Positions 8,751 through 20,520 of a stretch of DNA of 64,000 nt are shown here, piece by piece (the first letter of the stretch is position 1; each line of letters starts with the position of its first letter). The DNA is taken from NCBI GenBank assembly GCA_963792585.1, contig CAWBWI010000002.1, forward strand, positions 320,001 through 384,000, given 5' to 3'. Origin of the DNA: Candidatus Eiseniibacteriota bacterium. GTDB taxonomy: Bacteria; Eisenbacteria; RBG-16-71-46; CAIMUX01; VGJL01. The notes below the pieces were generated by a model, which searched no databases, had not been told where the DNA came from, and saw only the letters and a list, made by a program, of their open reading frames with translations. The position numbers and the translations under genes are program-made.

Positions 8751-11709
8751 GTGTCCCGATCGACCCCCTTCACCCTTCTCGTCTACCTAGCATTCTTTGC
8801 ATCCGGTGCCGCGAGTCTGACAGCGGAGGTGACGTGGAATCGGATGCTGATCGTGGTCGTGGGCAACTCGATCAGCGCGGCAGCCTTGATCATCGTGGTT
8901 TTCATGGGGGGGTTGGGTCTCGGTAGCCACATCGGGGGGAGGGTCCTGGGCCTCCGGCGTCCATCGCTCGTCCCCTACCTGCTCCTGGAAGCGGCTATCG
9001 GGGCCTACGTCGTTCTTTTCCCCGCCATCTTTGGCGTTCTGTCGGATGTCTTCACTTCAACGGCTCACAGCGTGGCGAACCGAACCGCTCTGAGCTTGAT
9101 CCGGCTGATCGTGACAATGGCAGCCCTGGTGATCCCGGCCGTCCTGATGGGCGCGACGTTTCCTGCGATGATCAACGGATCTGCGCCCGAGAAGCCGGGA
9201 CGCGGCGGCGCGCGCATCGGCTATCTGTACAGCGTGAACACCCTGGGCGCCGCGACCGGCTGCTTCGCGGCCGGTTACCACCTCCTGCTCGAGTTCGGGG
9301 TCCAGACAGCCCTGTATTGCGCCCTGGGCCTCTACATCTTCGCCGCCTCCTGCGCGCTGTTAGCCAATGCCCTCCGTTCCCGCGGAGCTGGCGATCGGCC
9401 TGCCGTTCCTGCAGGCGCCATCGACCCTCCGGCTGACGACCGCGGCCTTCGGCGCTTTCTCTATGGGGCCACCTTTGGCATCGGCTTCGTCTCCTTGGCC
9501 TACGAGGTGCTACTGACCCGGTTGAGCATCTTGTACCTCGGCAACAGCGTCTCCGTGTTTCCGCTCGTCCTGACAGCCTTTCTGCTTGGGACCGGAATCA
9601 GCGCGGTTGCAGGGACCTGGTTGTACGGGCGGCTTCAGCGGGGGGGTGGTGGGGCGAATTGGCTCTTCGGCGTCACGGCGTTGCTTGCGGGCGTGTTCGT
9701 CCTCTTCACGCCTCGGCTGCTCCTGGGCAGCGTCAGCGCCGAGCGTTTTACCCGGCTCGCGGATGCCGCCCCAGGCAGCCCCTGGCCGATCCTGGGGATC
9801 ATCGTTCTCCCCACTTTCTTCATCGGAGGGTTGTTGCCGGTGGCCATCCGAATGCTCCGGGGGAGGGAGCAGGGCCGGGCGACCCGCGGAGCGGCGTCCC
9901 TCTACGCCTTGAATACCGCGGGCGGGCTGCTCGGGGCTGGGATCGCCAACCACTTCTTGGTCCCGTCGATTGGAGTCCACGGCGTCCTCCTTCTGCTTGC
10001 GGCGATTTGCCTCGCCACGGGGTTCGTGCAGCTGTGTTCGCCGGGGCGAAGCGCCCTTCGGTGGGTCACGGTCGGTGGCGGCATCGCCCTCGTGACGGTG
10101 GCCCTCTGGGCAGGTCTTCCCAGGATGGAGGACCTCTATGCGCGCAAGGTCGTGCAGTCCACGGGCGCGGAGTCCGCGCAGGCTCTGCTCGTTCGGGAGG
10201 GTCGCGCAGCGACCGTGACCGTGATCGATCAGACGGATGCTCGACTGGGAAGCTATCGTGACATGTATCTGAACGGCGTTGAGGAGGCCTCCACGCGGTA
10301 CTGGCACACCCAGCTCTTCAAGCTGCTCGGTGTTCTTCCCGTACTCACGCACGAGTCCGACCGGCCCAAAGACGCGCTGGTCATCGCCTTCGGAGCCGGA
10401 ATCACAGCCGGCTCCGTGCTCGCCTCCGACGAGGTCGCGTCCCTCGACGTGGTAGACCTCAACCCGGACATCGAGGGCATCAACGGCTTCTTCACCGAGG
10501 TCAACGGCGACGTCTTCCATCAGCCGCGGTTCCACTTCTGCAATGACGACGGCCGGAACTACCTCGTCACGAGCGGCAAGGAATACGACCTGATCATCGG
10601 CGACTCCACACATCCGAGGGCCTATGACAGTTGGATCCTGTACACGGACGAATTCTACCGTGCGGTGCGGAAGCGGCTGCGCCCGGACGGAGTCTTCGCT
10701 CAGTGGGTGCCCGTACTCGGATCGATGCAGGGCGACCTGTTCCGCATCCACCTGAATACGTTTCGCCGGTCCTTCCCCCATTCGACCCTCTGGTACGTGT
10801 ACGGTTCCGACCAGGCATTCCTCATGGCGACTCCACAGGGGTATCTCCCTGGATACGGGCGGCATCCAGAAGAAACTGGACGCCCTGCCGGCCTGGTTCC
10901 AGGCCGACAAGTATCAGATCGATTCTGTCGCCCGGGTGGCCGGGTTCTTCTGGCTGGATGACGAAGCGATGCAGAGGATGATCGGGGATGAGACCCGCAT
11001 CAATCGCGACGGAGCCCATTATTTCGACAAGCAATCGACCGTGGTGCCGTCCCCTCCCCAGCGGCGACTGCCGGCGTACCAGACGAGCATCCTTCCTCAC
11101 CTGATCGGACCGGGAGACGAGTTGCGGGTGGCGGTGGGCGGCCAGCAGGCCGTGGCCCAGCTTCTCGCACGCTACGGGTTCTACCGGAGCCAGGAGGATC
11201 TGTATAGCGCGTACTGCCTCATGCCGGATAACGGGAACGTGCGCTATTTCATGGATCGCGAGTTTTCCGAGCGACTCCCTGATTGGAAGGATTTCTGCAG
11301 GGAGCGAGAGATCGTCCAGTTCCGCGCCGCCGTCGCGCATCTGCCGAACGATGCGCTCGCCCTGAATGCGCTCGCCGACCGACTGATCGAGGCTGGGAAC
11401 CTGGAGGAGGCCATGCCGCTGATTGAACGCGCCGTGGCGCTGGATCCCGAAAACGGAATGATCCTCGATACGTATGGTTGGGGGCTCCTCCAGCGTGGCG
11501 AGAGCCGGAAGGCGCTCGGGGTGATGCGGAAATCGGCTTCCGTACTGCCGACGCACCCCATCGTTCTCTACCATCTCGGCGCAGCCTATCGAGCCAACGG
11601 GGATGCGCGATCCGCAAGGAAGTACATCGAAGCGGCTCTGAACAGCGGGAGCGGCTTCGCGGGGGCGGAAGCGGAACAGGCTCGGCGGCTGCTTCAGGAG
11701 ATCGATTGA
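8751..11709 (+). CDS. Fused membrane domain/spermidine synthase-like methyltransferase with C-terminal TPR; one frameshift near 10841
   Basis: FASGAASLTAEVTWNR, LMGATFP, LYSVNTLGA TM repeats; SAM-type IAFGAGITAG..VVDL, DDGRNY, YDLIIGD; TPR with DTYGW; 2959 bp = 3n+1. Confidence 0.85.
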
Positions 11710-13916
11710 GCCGGCGATTCCGATCGGCGTGCGGTTCGTCCCGCGGTTTCCGAGGCCGAGGGCAACGGCTTGCTCGGTGCGGAGCTTTGTCGATCGCGCT
11801 CCTCTGCTGGTTGCCGGCCTCACGCGCCCTCGCGATCGACGGTGTCGTCGACATTCGCACCACCAGTCAGGAAGGTCGCGCGGGCGCCGATAAGTACACT
11901 CAGAGGTCGACGACATCTCAACTGAGGGCGAACCAGCACGTATCCTTCATGCGACACTTCGGTCTTCGATTCGACGGCGGCCTTACTCGGGAGACGTTCC
12001 GAAGCAGATTCGGACTCACTCGCAGCGATTTCAACAAACGAACGGGCACAGGCGGACTCTCCCTGGATCTCACGGGAAGGGGCGGACGCCTGATGCTGGA
12101 CGGCCAGACCTTCGATCAGAAGACGGACGGGAACGAAACGGACAGCCCGAGCCTGCGGCGGAATCAACTCAATGGTGCGGCGCAATTCAGGCACGACTGG
12201 ATCGAACTGGGCAGCGGCGGCTCATTCATCTCCTCGCGACGCGTGAGCGAATCCGCAGGGGCGCAGCGAAACGAGGAGTGGACCGGCACGATCTCGTCGC
12301 GATTGAAGATCCCCAAACTCGGGGAGGCGCGGTACAAGTTCGCGTCCTTGACGGGCCGTGACCTGAATCTCCACACAAGAGTGGATCAGACCACTCACAC
12401 GGTCAATTTCTCCAGCGCGACCCGATTCGCGGGGGGGCGTGGATACATCTCGACAAAGGAGACCTCGAGCTTCTTTACCCAGACGCAGACGCGGCCGGCC
12501 GCAGGGTCGGGAATGCGCCTGATGCTGCCCGACGCCGGAGGCTACCTCCTCGACGACACCCCGGACCTGCACGACCCACTGGAGATGGATCTCGTGTCCG
12601 TTCCCGAGCTCTATGACGGGAATCGGCAGACCTCCACCGATGTCCAGATCGGGGATTCCGCGCCGGCGGTCCGGCAGTTCGGCGGCGACTACCGGAACAT
12701 CGTGTTCGATTTCGGAGATGCGGCCGATGTGGAGTCCATCACCATCTACATCGACAAGACCCTTCCTGTCCCTGGGATGATCCAGTGGAGAGTATTCACC
12801 AGCAACGACCCGGATGGCCGCATCTGGGAGGAGTCGACAAGCGCCCAATTCGCCTACGCGGAGTGGGGCGTCGGTCTCCAGGGATGGACGGCGACCTTCC
12901 CCCAGGACGCGGCCGCGCGGTTCATCAAGGTCGTCGATGTGAAACTGGGACCGACCGTTGCGGACCTCTCGATGACGGAGCTGGAGGTGTTCTCACGGGG
13001 CGAGGACGCGAAACGGGAGCGATCCGAAACGGTGAACCATCGATTGGGGCTGTCGATGGAATACAAACTCACCCCCGGCCTTCGCGCGGGGTACGATCTC
13101 ACCTATCGGCGCCGGACCTTGACCGGGGGAATCGGCGCCCTGCAGAGCCAGGGGCACGGTCTAACGGCAAGCTGGACGAAGAGCATCTGGTCCGTATCGG
13201 GGCGCCATGAGATCCGCAGAACGGACGGCCAGCGATCGCGAGATGCAAACGTCAACGCTCAGAGCCTCACGGTGAAGCGGGGTCGGGACGGCGCTCTTGT
13301 GTCGACGCTGTCCTGGTCCAGGGTCGATGACAGGAGCGGTGAGAACGACAAGCTGTCGAACAGCATCTCCCTGGGCTACTCACTCCCCGCCGCTCCCTCC
13401 CTGCGAATCGACCAGAGGATCACGACCGGCCGGTTGCTCGATTACGCAGCGGACAGGACCTCGACGTCGCTCACCGCCGTGACCTCGATCACCGGCGCAC
13501 CGGTGCCGAGCATCACCCTGGATTTGCAGCAGAGTGAACGCTGGGTCTCACAGGAGGCGGGCACCGGCTTTTCTCGTTTCGATGACACTTCTTTGACCTT
13601 AGGATGGCGACCGGTGCCGCTGATCGTGCTCCAGAGCGCGATCCGCTACCAATTGCGGGACCGTGGGGATTGGCTGGTCCAGAGTTCAGCGACCTGGGAG
13701 CCGCTCTCGGAGGGGACCCTGAGCATGGGTCTGAGCGCGAACCACCTGCGGGACACACGTGCCAACGAGACACAGCGTGGGGGAGGCGTCCACCTGGAGT
13801 GGCGTCTCCGGCCGAACTTGACGCTGCAGGGCAATCTGGAAGCAGTGGGGCTGAAAAAGGCCAACCAGCACGACTCCCCGCTGAATACGGATCTCAGGGG
13901 AATCTTGCGGTTCTAG
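11706..13916 (+). CDS. Outer-membrane beta-barrel protein with an inserted discoidin-like domain
   Basis: Signal peptide (..SRALA); alternating amphipathic beta strands; terminal Phe (GILRF); central FDFG..WRVFTSND..ARFIKVV..TELEVF segment; start uncertain. Confidence 0.7.
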   Translation: MSRRFRSACGSSRGFRGRGQRLARCGALSIALLCWLPASRALAIDGVVDIRTTSQEGRAGADKYTQRSTTSQLRANQHVSFMRHFGLRFDGGLTRETFRSRFGLTRSDFNKRTGTGGLSLDLTGRGGRLMLDGQTFDQKTDGNETDSPSLRRNQLNGAAQFRHDWIELGSGGSFISSRRVSESAGAQRNEEWTGTISSRLKIPKLGEARYKFASLTGRDLNLHTRVDQTTHTVNFSSATRFAGGRGYISTKETSSFFTQTQTRPAAGSGMRLMLPDAGGYLLDDTPDLHDPLEMDLVSVPELYDGNRQTSTDVQIGDSAPAVRQFGGDYRNIVFDFGDAADVESITIYIDKTLPVPGMIQWRVFTSNDPDGRIWEESTSAQFAYAEWGVGLQGWTATFPQDAAARFIKVVDVKLGPTVADLSMTELEVFSRGEDAKRERSETVNHRLGLSMEYKLTPGLRAGYDLTYRRRTLTGGIGALQSQGHGLTASWTKSIWSVSGRHEIRRTDGQRSRDANVNAQSLTVKRGRDGALVSTLSWSRVDDRSGENDKLSNSISLGYSLPAAPSLRIDQRITTGRLLDYAADRTSTSLTAVTSITGAPVPSITLDLQQSERWVSQEAGTGFSRFDDTSLTLGWRPVPLIVLQSAIRYQLRDRGDWLVQSSATWEPLSEGTLSMGLSANHLRDTRANETQRGGGVHLEWRLRPNLTLQGNLEAVGLKKANQHDSPLNTDLRGILRF

Positions 13917-13964
13917 GACGATGGATCGAAGGCGTCGATGAGGGTTCGGAAAGGGAAGGACGGA

Positions 13965-14543
13965 ATGCGAGGTCGCCGGGTTAGAAACTTGCTGGAACCT
14001 GCCGGCATCTTGATGCTCCTGCCGCTGCTTGCGGGATGTGCCGGGAGCGATGCCTTCATCCAGCCGAATGTCGATTTCAGCCACATTCACCGCTGCGCCA
14101 TCCTGCCGTTCCAGAATCTCACGAACGACGGCTTCGCGGATGAACGACTGGAATCGATCTTCCTGATGGAGGTGCTCCAAGACGGCTCCCTTGCGATTGT
14201 CGATCCCGAGGAAACTGTGAGCGCGATGAATGCGCAACACGTGACCCCCGGCGTCGCCCCGACCCCCGAGCAGATCATCTCGCTTGGAAAGACTCTATCG
14301 GTCGACGCGGTCTTCCTGGGCAGCGTCGAGGAATACGGGCTACAGAGCCAATCACGCCAGCAGACCTATGGGGTCACGGCCGTGTTCAGCATGGCGGAGA
14401 CCGAAACGGGGAACCTGATCTGGAGATCTCAGATCCATGTCGACGGATCGTCGATCTGGAAGCGGATCTTCGGCGGCGAATCGGCGAGCCTCTATGACAT
14501 CTCGAAGACTGCAGTGCGTCGAGCCCTGGCGGACCTCCTTTGA
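13965..14543 (+). CDS. Lipoprotein, CsgG/DUF799-like fold
   Basis: Lipobox LLAGC; AILPFQNLT, LGKTLSVDAVFLGSVEEY, ETETGNLIW. Confidence 0.8.
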   Translation: MRGRRVRNLLEPAGILMLLPLLAGCAGSDAFIQPNVDFSHIHRCAILPFQNLTNDGFADERLESIFLMEVLQDGSLAIVDPEETVSAMNAQHVTPGVAPTPEQIISLGKTLSVDAVFLGSVEEYGLQSQSRQQTYGVTAVFSMAETETGNLIWRSQIHVDGSSIWKRIFGGESASLYDISKTAVRRALADLL

Positions 14544-15619
14544 GCCGTTGGTCATTCGGATCTTGGGTGTTCCCGGCTCTGGCCGTTGCCCTATTCGTCG
14601 AGATGTCGGTTCCCATGTACGCGGCGGCGCAGGAGTCCGGATCGGGCTCGCGCGTCGCCGTGATCCTATTCCTCTCCTACGAGGCTGTGGGCCAGCCCCC
14701 CCCGGATCTCGGGAACCTACAGGGGGAGTGCTGGGATCGCCTCGCGACCGGGGTGCACGAGCTGGGGCACAGCGAGGTCTCCCGATCCGAGATCGGGCCC
14801 TCCGTACGGCGCTGGGCAGTCCGGACGGATCTGAGCGTGAGCGGGGCGTTTCTCGAAGAGATCGCAACGGAACTGGACGCAGGCGTCCTTCTCGTCTGCA
14901 ATCTCACGATCTATGGGGACCGGCTGCTCCTGTGCGGACGCAGCGTGGTGACGGCCACGGGCAAGATCACATGGGCGGACATCCAGGAGCTGCGACTCCC
15001 TCCGGGGTCCGGATCCGGGCAAGACAGCCTCGAATCCCGATGGCGCGATCTGGCCACAAGCGCGTCGCACCGACTGCTCGGCAGCTGGGATGCCTATGTC
15101 TCGCCCGATGATTTCTCTGGAGATCTCTTTGTCGTGCCAGTCAGGACTGTCGGCATGGAACTGATGGCGGGACGTCTGGTCCAATCCTGCCTTCTCCGGT
15201 CCCTGATGAGGTCGCGTTGGCGCATCGAGGAGCCGGGCGTCACCTTCTCGCGGCTCCAGGAGGCCGGGGTGGATCCACGTCGACTCGATCGGACCTCCCG
15301 CCCCGCCCTGATCGCCGCGGGCGTCCACGGTGCGGTTCTCGTGTGCGATCTCGTGGCCGGCGATAACGCATCACCTGCCAGGACGGCGCCGTCCCCGGAA
15401 GGAAGCAGTCCCGTGCAGCCCCAGTCGACCTTCCCGCCGTCCACGCTCTCCATGAGGCTCCTGAATGTCGAAACCGGGGTCGTGGTGTTCGCCGCCACCG
15501 AGTGGCTCGAGATGCGGCAATCATATGGTCTCTTCGGAACACTCAAAGACGCGTCGCCCATGAGGCGTGTCCAGCCGGTGGCCGACCGGTTGGTGCGCGC
15601 GGCGACACGGAAAGGATAG
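14540..15619 (+). CDS. Secreted protein, possibly two tandem CsgG/TolB-N-like domains
   Basis: Signal peptide; two repeats ending VVTATGKITWA and LLNVETGVVVFA; overlaps upstream stop. Confidence 0.6.
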   Translation: MSRWSFGSWVFPALAVALFVEMSVPMYAAAQESGSGSRVAVILFLSYEAVGQPPPDLGNLQGECWDRLATGVHELGHSEVSRSEIGPSVRRWAVRTDLSVSGAFLEEIATELDAGVLLVCNLTIYGDRLLLCGRSVVTATGKITWADIQELRLPPGSGSGQDSLESRWRDLATSASHRLLGSWDAYVSPDDFSGDLFVVPVRTVGMELMAGRLVQSCLLRSLMRSRWRIEEPGVTFSRLQEAGVDPRRLDRTSRPALIAAGVHGAVLVCDLVAGDNASPARTAPSPEGSSPVQPQSTFPPSTLSMRLLNVETGVVVFAATEWLEMRQSYGLFGTLKDASPMRRVQPVADRLVRAATRKG

Positions 15620-15629
15620 GACCTTCCCG

Positions 15630-17318
15630 ATGTCACGAACTGCCGGCATGCTTTTGCCGCTCCTTGCGCTGGTTCTGGGTACTGCACCGCTTCCCACTGC
15701 AAGCGCATCTGGCGTGGCAGGGGGAACACGCCGGTTGGCCACGGTCGGTTCCGACACGCTGACCATCGCCGACTTGGACACCGAGGTCCTGGCCTCGCTC
15801 TCGAAGGCAAAGCAGCAGATTCTGCCGGATCTGAATCCGGAAGATGTTCTGAGACGGCTGATCCAGAACAGGCTCTTGGAGCAAGAGGGCTATCGGATCG
15901 GCGCCGATCAGGCTCCCGCCGTGCGCAACCAGGTTCACGAGCTCATTCGCCTGAAGAGCGTCACCGCGCTCCTCGATTCGATATCGGCTCCACCCGCGGG
16001 CATGGCCATGGCGAGCCCGGACAGCATGGTTGGTATGGCCGGCACGTTGCGGCGCTACTCGCACATTCTTGTCAAGGAGGAGGCGCTTGCAGGGTCCCTC
16101 CGGGACAGCGTCACGAACGGGGTCCCATTCGCGGATCTCGCCAGACGGCACTCCCTGGATGGAGCGGCCGCGGCCGGCGGGGATCTCGGCTATGCCGCGG
16201 AGGGCACTTACCTCGACGACTTCGAGAAGGCCGCCGGGCAACTCGCTCTCGATCAGATCAGCGGGCCGGTCCACACCCAGTTCGGCTGGCACCTGATCAA
16301 GTTGACCGGGAGCAAGGCGGATACTCTGAAGTCGAGGGCGATGGCCGAGGCGATCATCCAGGCGCGCGAGGGCGAAAGGCGCACCGCCGCCGTGGGGCGC
16401 TACGTCGATTCCTTGAAGACGGGCTACGGGGTGACGATCAACGACTCCCTTCTCGCGAGTCTCGACTACGCGTCGAAGGACCCGGTCGTGCAGAAACAGC
16501 TCCAGTCCAGCCAGGCGGTTCTCACAGTCCTCCCGACGGGGAAACTCACAGTCCGCGGGCTCACCAGGAATATCCGTTTCAAGTACTTCCACGGCCTCGA
16601 GGATCGGGACGACGCCCAAGCCATCCGGGATCAGATGTTTCACGAGTGGGTCACCGAGGCGCTCTTGAGCCACGAGGCGGAGAAGCTCGGCTTCGATCAC
16701 GAGCCGGGGATTCTCGCTGCCGCGCGTATGGAAGAGCGTGTCCGGATCCGCGAAGAGGTCTTGGACAGCATCTTACGGTTCGAGTTCAAGCCCTCCGAAG
16801 ACGAAGTCCGCGCCTACTACGCAGATCACATCAGTGAATTCGTGCCCGAACCGCGGGTGAAGGTGCAGAGCGTCCTCACCAAGGACGCCGAGACCGCCAA
16901 GAGGTTTCGCGATGAGATGGATCGGGGCGCGGGGCTCAAGTGGTTGGTCGATCGGTCGCCGGGCGAGGTCGACTCCGTCGCCCCTTTCCCCACGGGTTGG
17001 ATCGATGCGGATGCGATCGGTCTGAAGGTCCGGCAGCCGGTCAAGGGTACGGCGGTCGGCCCGATGGAGCTTCCAGGAGGCTGGGCTCTTGCCGAAATCC
17101 TCGCAGTGGAGCAGCCCGAACCGACCAAGTTCGATGACTGCAAGGACAAGGTTGTTCAGGCCATGAAAGGGCTTCGCGTTCGCCAGGCACTCCAGGACGC
17201 ACTGTCGCGTCTGGAGTCGGGGACCGAAATTCGAGTCGAACAGGGCGCAAAGGACGCGATCGCGGAACGAATCAAGCAGTTCCAGGATTCGCTATCGGAA
17301 GGAGGCGAGAGCAGATGA
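15630..17318 (+). CDS. PpiC/SurA-type peptidyl-prolyl isomerase
   Basis: SHILV..FADLARRHSLD..GGDLG..ISGPVHTQFGWHLIK rotamase signature plus a second degenerate domain; signal peptide. Confidence 0.9.
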   Translation: MSRTAGMLLPLLALVLGTAPLPTASASGVAGGTRRLATVGSDTLTIADLDTEVLASLSKAKQQILPDLNPEDVLRRLIQNRLLEQEGYRIGADQAPAVRNQVHELIRLKSVTALLDSISAPPAGMAMASPDSMVGMAGTLRRYSHILVKEEALAGSLRDSVTNGVPFADLARRHSLDGAAAAGGDLGYAAEGTYLDDFEKAAGQLALDQISGPVHTQFGWHLIKLTGSKADTLKSRAMAEAIIQAREGERRTAAVGRYVDSLKTGYGVTINDSLLASLDYASKDPVVQKQLQSSQAVLTVLPTGKLTVRGLTRNIRFKYFHGLEDRDDAQAIRDQMFHEWVTEALLSHEAEKLGFDHEPGILAAARMEERVRIREEVLDSILRFEFKPSEDEVRAYYADHISEFVPEPRVKVQSVLTKDAETAKRFRDEMDRGAGLKWLVDRSPGEVDSVAPFPTGWIDADAIGLKVRQPVKGTAVGPMELPGGWALAEILAVEQPEPTKFDDCKDKVVQAMKGLRVRQALQDALSRLESGTEIRVEQGAKDAIAERIKQFQDSLSEGGESR

Positions 17319-20300
17319 CCTGCGTGTACCGCATCCGGGCCTTGTTGCCGTTGGTCGCGGTCTCGATCCTGGTTGCGCTACTCGTACCCGCATCCGCTCT
17401 GTCATCGGATCGATTCAAGCAGAAGGAGTGCTTGGACTGCCATAAGGACATGTCCAAGCAGCTATCCGCCTCCAGTGCGCATGAGCCGTTCAAACGAAAG
17501 GAGTGCGAGAGCTGCCACAAGCCGCACGGAATCCTCGGTAAGTTGCTGCTGAAGGCGGAGGGCGCCGATCTTTGCACCCCCTGCCATCAGGGGATCGGCG
17601 CGGAGATGTCCGCCAAAGTGGTGCATGAGCCGCTAAAGGCCGGTGCCTGTACGACGTGCCACAACCCGCACGGCACGGGCAAGCGAGCGATGCTGACCGC
17701 TGACGGCGACAAGGCCTGCTTCGCATGTCATGACCAATCGTCCTTCGAGCGGCCGTACGTTCACGCGCCGCTGACGCAGGACGGGTGCCGGGCCTGTCAC
17801 TCGCCTCACGGCTCGGATCACGAGGGACTCCTGCTGCGAGATGCCCGTGAGCTGTGTATTTCCTGCCACAAGGCCGGATCCGAAGCTCCGCTCGAGCCAT
17901 GGGAATGTGGATGTGTCCACCGCAGATTGCGCCGGGTGCCACGATCCCCATAGCTCGACAAGCCCGAAGCTTCTGCGCGCCTCCGTCCACGCCCCGGTGG
18001 CCGGCCTGGAATGCGGTAATTGTCACACGATCGAGCCGTCGGGCAAGGCCACGCTTCTAGAGACGGGGCAATCGCTCTGTGAAACCTGCCATGACGTTCG
18101 CTCGGCGACGCCAAAGGTGGGCCATCCCCCGTTTGCCGAGGGAGCATGCACGGATTGTCATGCCGCCCACGGGAGCCCTTATCCAATGCTTCTGAAGCAG
18201 AGTGAGGAACAGCTCTGCTCCGGTTGCCACGACAAGGTGACGGCCGGGGCCGAGCACCCTCATCCTCCTGTGGCCGAGGGGAGATGCTCCGCGTGCCATG
18301 ACGCGCATGGGTCCGACCACCCTGCCATTCTCAAGGCGGAAGAGCAGGAACTCTGCTCCACCTGCCACTCGGACATGTCGCCGCAGTCGCACGCGAACCA
18401 ACAGACGCATGCGCCCTTCGTCAAGCAACCGTGCACGACCTGTCACGCCGCCCACGGATCGCGGCAGGCGTTTCTGCTGATCAAAGATCCCGGAGATCTA
18501 TGTCTATCCTGTCACAAGAGCATCCAGTTGCTCATGGCCTCATCCCATCCGCACACCGTGGTCGCGCAAGGAGAGTGTCTCTCCTGCCACGCCCCCCACT
18601 TCGCCGACAAGCCCGGGCTGCTGAAAGCTGAGAGCGGAGATCTCTGCGTGGGATGCCACAAGGGGCTCGCGGGCGAGCCCGGGGCGCCCGGCGTGCACTC
18701 CCCCGCGGCCGAGAAGGCGTGCCTGGACTGCCACGTCCCGCACGGGGGAGAGCAAGAGGCCCTTCTGAAGGCGCCGGTCAAACAGACTTGCGGGGACTGT
18801 CATGCGGATGTGAGTGATCCGTCCACCCGGCCCTACACGCACGCGCCCGTTGCCGATGGCAACTGCACAGAGTGCCATGACGCGCACCGTTCCGAACGCC
18901 CCGCGCTGCTCACGGCCGCGTCACCTGAGATCTGCCTGACCTGTCATTCGGATGTGATGCGGACCGACGGAGCGGTCTCGGTTCACTCTCCGAGCCAGGA
19001 TGACTGCCTGGTCTGCCATCAACCTCACGGCGGCAGCGATCCGACGTTCCTGCGCTCGGCTTCACCCGACCTGTGCCTGAAGTGCCATGATGAGGGCAAT
19101 CAGGAGTTCCGGCAGAAGCACCTCCAAATGGAGGGTCGGAAGATCGACTGCCTCCAGTGCCACGAAGGTCATCGGTCCGCAGAAGCCGGCCGTTCTTCAC
19201 GCCTACAGCCATCCTCCGTTCGATGATCGGACCTGCGACGTGTGTCATGCTGCCGACGGGTCCCCGATGCCTGCGAGCGAGACCTGCCTCAACTGCCATG
19301 GCGACCTCTCGGCGGCGAGCACGGGCGACAAGGTGCAACATCAACCATTCGCCTCCGGCGAGTGCACCGCATGCCACAATCCCCACGCCTCGAAGGCGGA
19401 GCACCTTCTTGCCGGGAGCGTCGGCCAGACATGTGAGTCCTGCCATGCGACCGCCGATCTCTATCCTGAACAGTCCCTGGCGCACACCCCTGTCCGGCAA
19501 GGCAGGTGCAATGACTGCCATTCCGGCCACAGCTCCAATCAAGCTGCCCTCCTGAAGCGCCCTGAGGGGCAACTCTGCACAGGCTGCCACGAGGACATTC
19601 GTGCCATCGTGGAGCAGGGAGTCGCTCACCAGCCAGTCTCCAAGGGCAAGTGCGATGCCTGCCATGATCCCCACGGCACGGCCCAGAGCGCGATGCTGAA
19701 GAACTCGGTGCCCGCTTTGTGCACAAGCTGCCACAATCCAAAGGAGGCGGCTCTTCTCGCCAGGCATGGCGGAATTCCCATGGAGGGGACCGATTGCCTC
19801 AGCTGCCACGATCCGCACAGGAACATCAAGAGCGCGAGGGCGACTGGGAGCGTCCACGCGCCGTTTGCCGGCGGGAGGTGCGGCGACTGCCACAAGGGGG
19901 CGACGACCGCGCTCCGTGCCACGGAGAAGACGCTCTGTCTCGGGTGTCACGCGGGCCTGGAGCAGGATCTCCTTCGCGACAAGACCCACAGTGCGCTCAA
20001 TGGTGACAAGCCGTGCACATCCTGCCACCGCCCTCATGCTTCTCCTGTGGCGAAACTGCTCGTCAAGCCCAACGAGTCCCTGTGCGCCTCCTGCCATCCT
20101 GATGAGGCCTCCGTGATCGCAAGTGCGGAGTACGCGCACCCCTCCCAGAACAAGGGCCGGTGCCTCGTGTGCCACCAGCCGCATACCCAGCCCCCGTCGG
20201 CGAGTTCGGGCGGGGGAGCGACCGAGGTCTGCTCCCAGTGTCATGACTTCACCAAGCATGTCAGCCACCCCATGGGGCCGGAGACGTTGGATCCCCGAAC

Positions 20301-20442
20301 CAAGCAGCCGGTGAAGTGCATTAGCTGCCATGCGCAGCATGGCTCCGGTTTCAAGTACTTCATGCGGGATGATCCATCGGGTCGCCTCTGTGTTCAGTGC
20401 CACACGGAGAAGATCCGGCAGGCCCGGCCACTAGGGAAGTAA
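17315..20442 (+). CDS. Very large multiheme cytochrome c (42 CxxCH), two +1 frameshifts near 17873 and 19190
   Basis: Signal peptide; 7+18+17 CxxCH motifs counted in three consecutive frames; repeating HxP..CxxCHxPH..LL..LCxxCH unit; 3128 bp = 3n+2 (~1041 aa). Confidence 0.88.
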
Positions 20443-20520
20443 CGGCCGGTCGCGGAATGTTCTGCATTGTCGATCGAGGGGGGCACGATCGCACCGGTCC
20501 GCCGAGCGGGGTGATCCCGA

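Noticed and set aside
17860..19200. Programmed frameshifting in the giant cytochrome
   Set aside because: No slippery heptamer at either junction, and similar indels occur in unrelated genes
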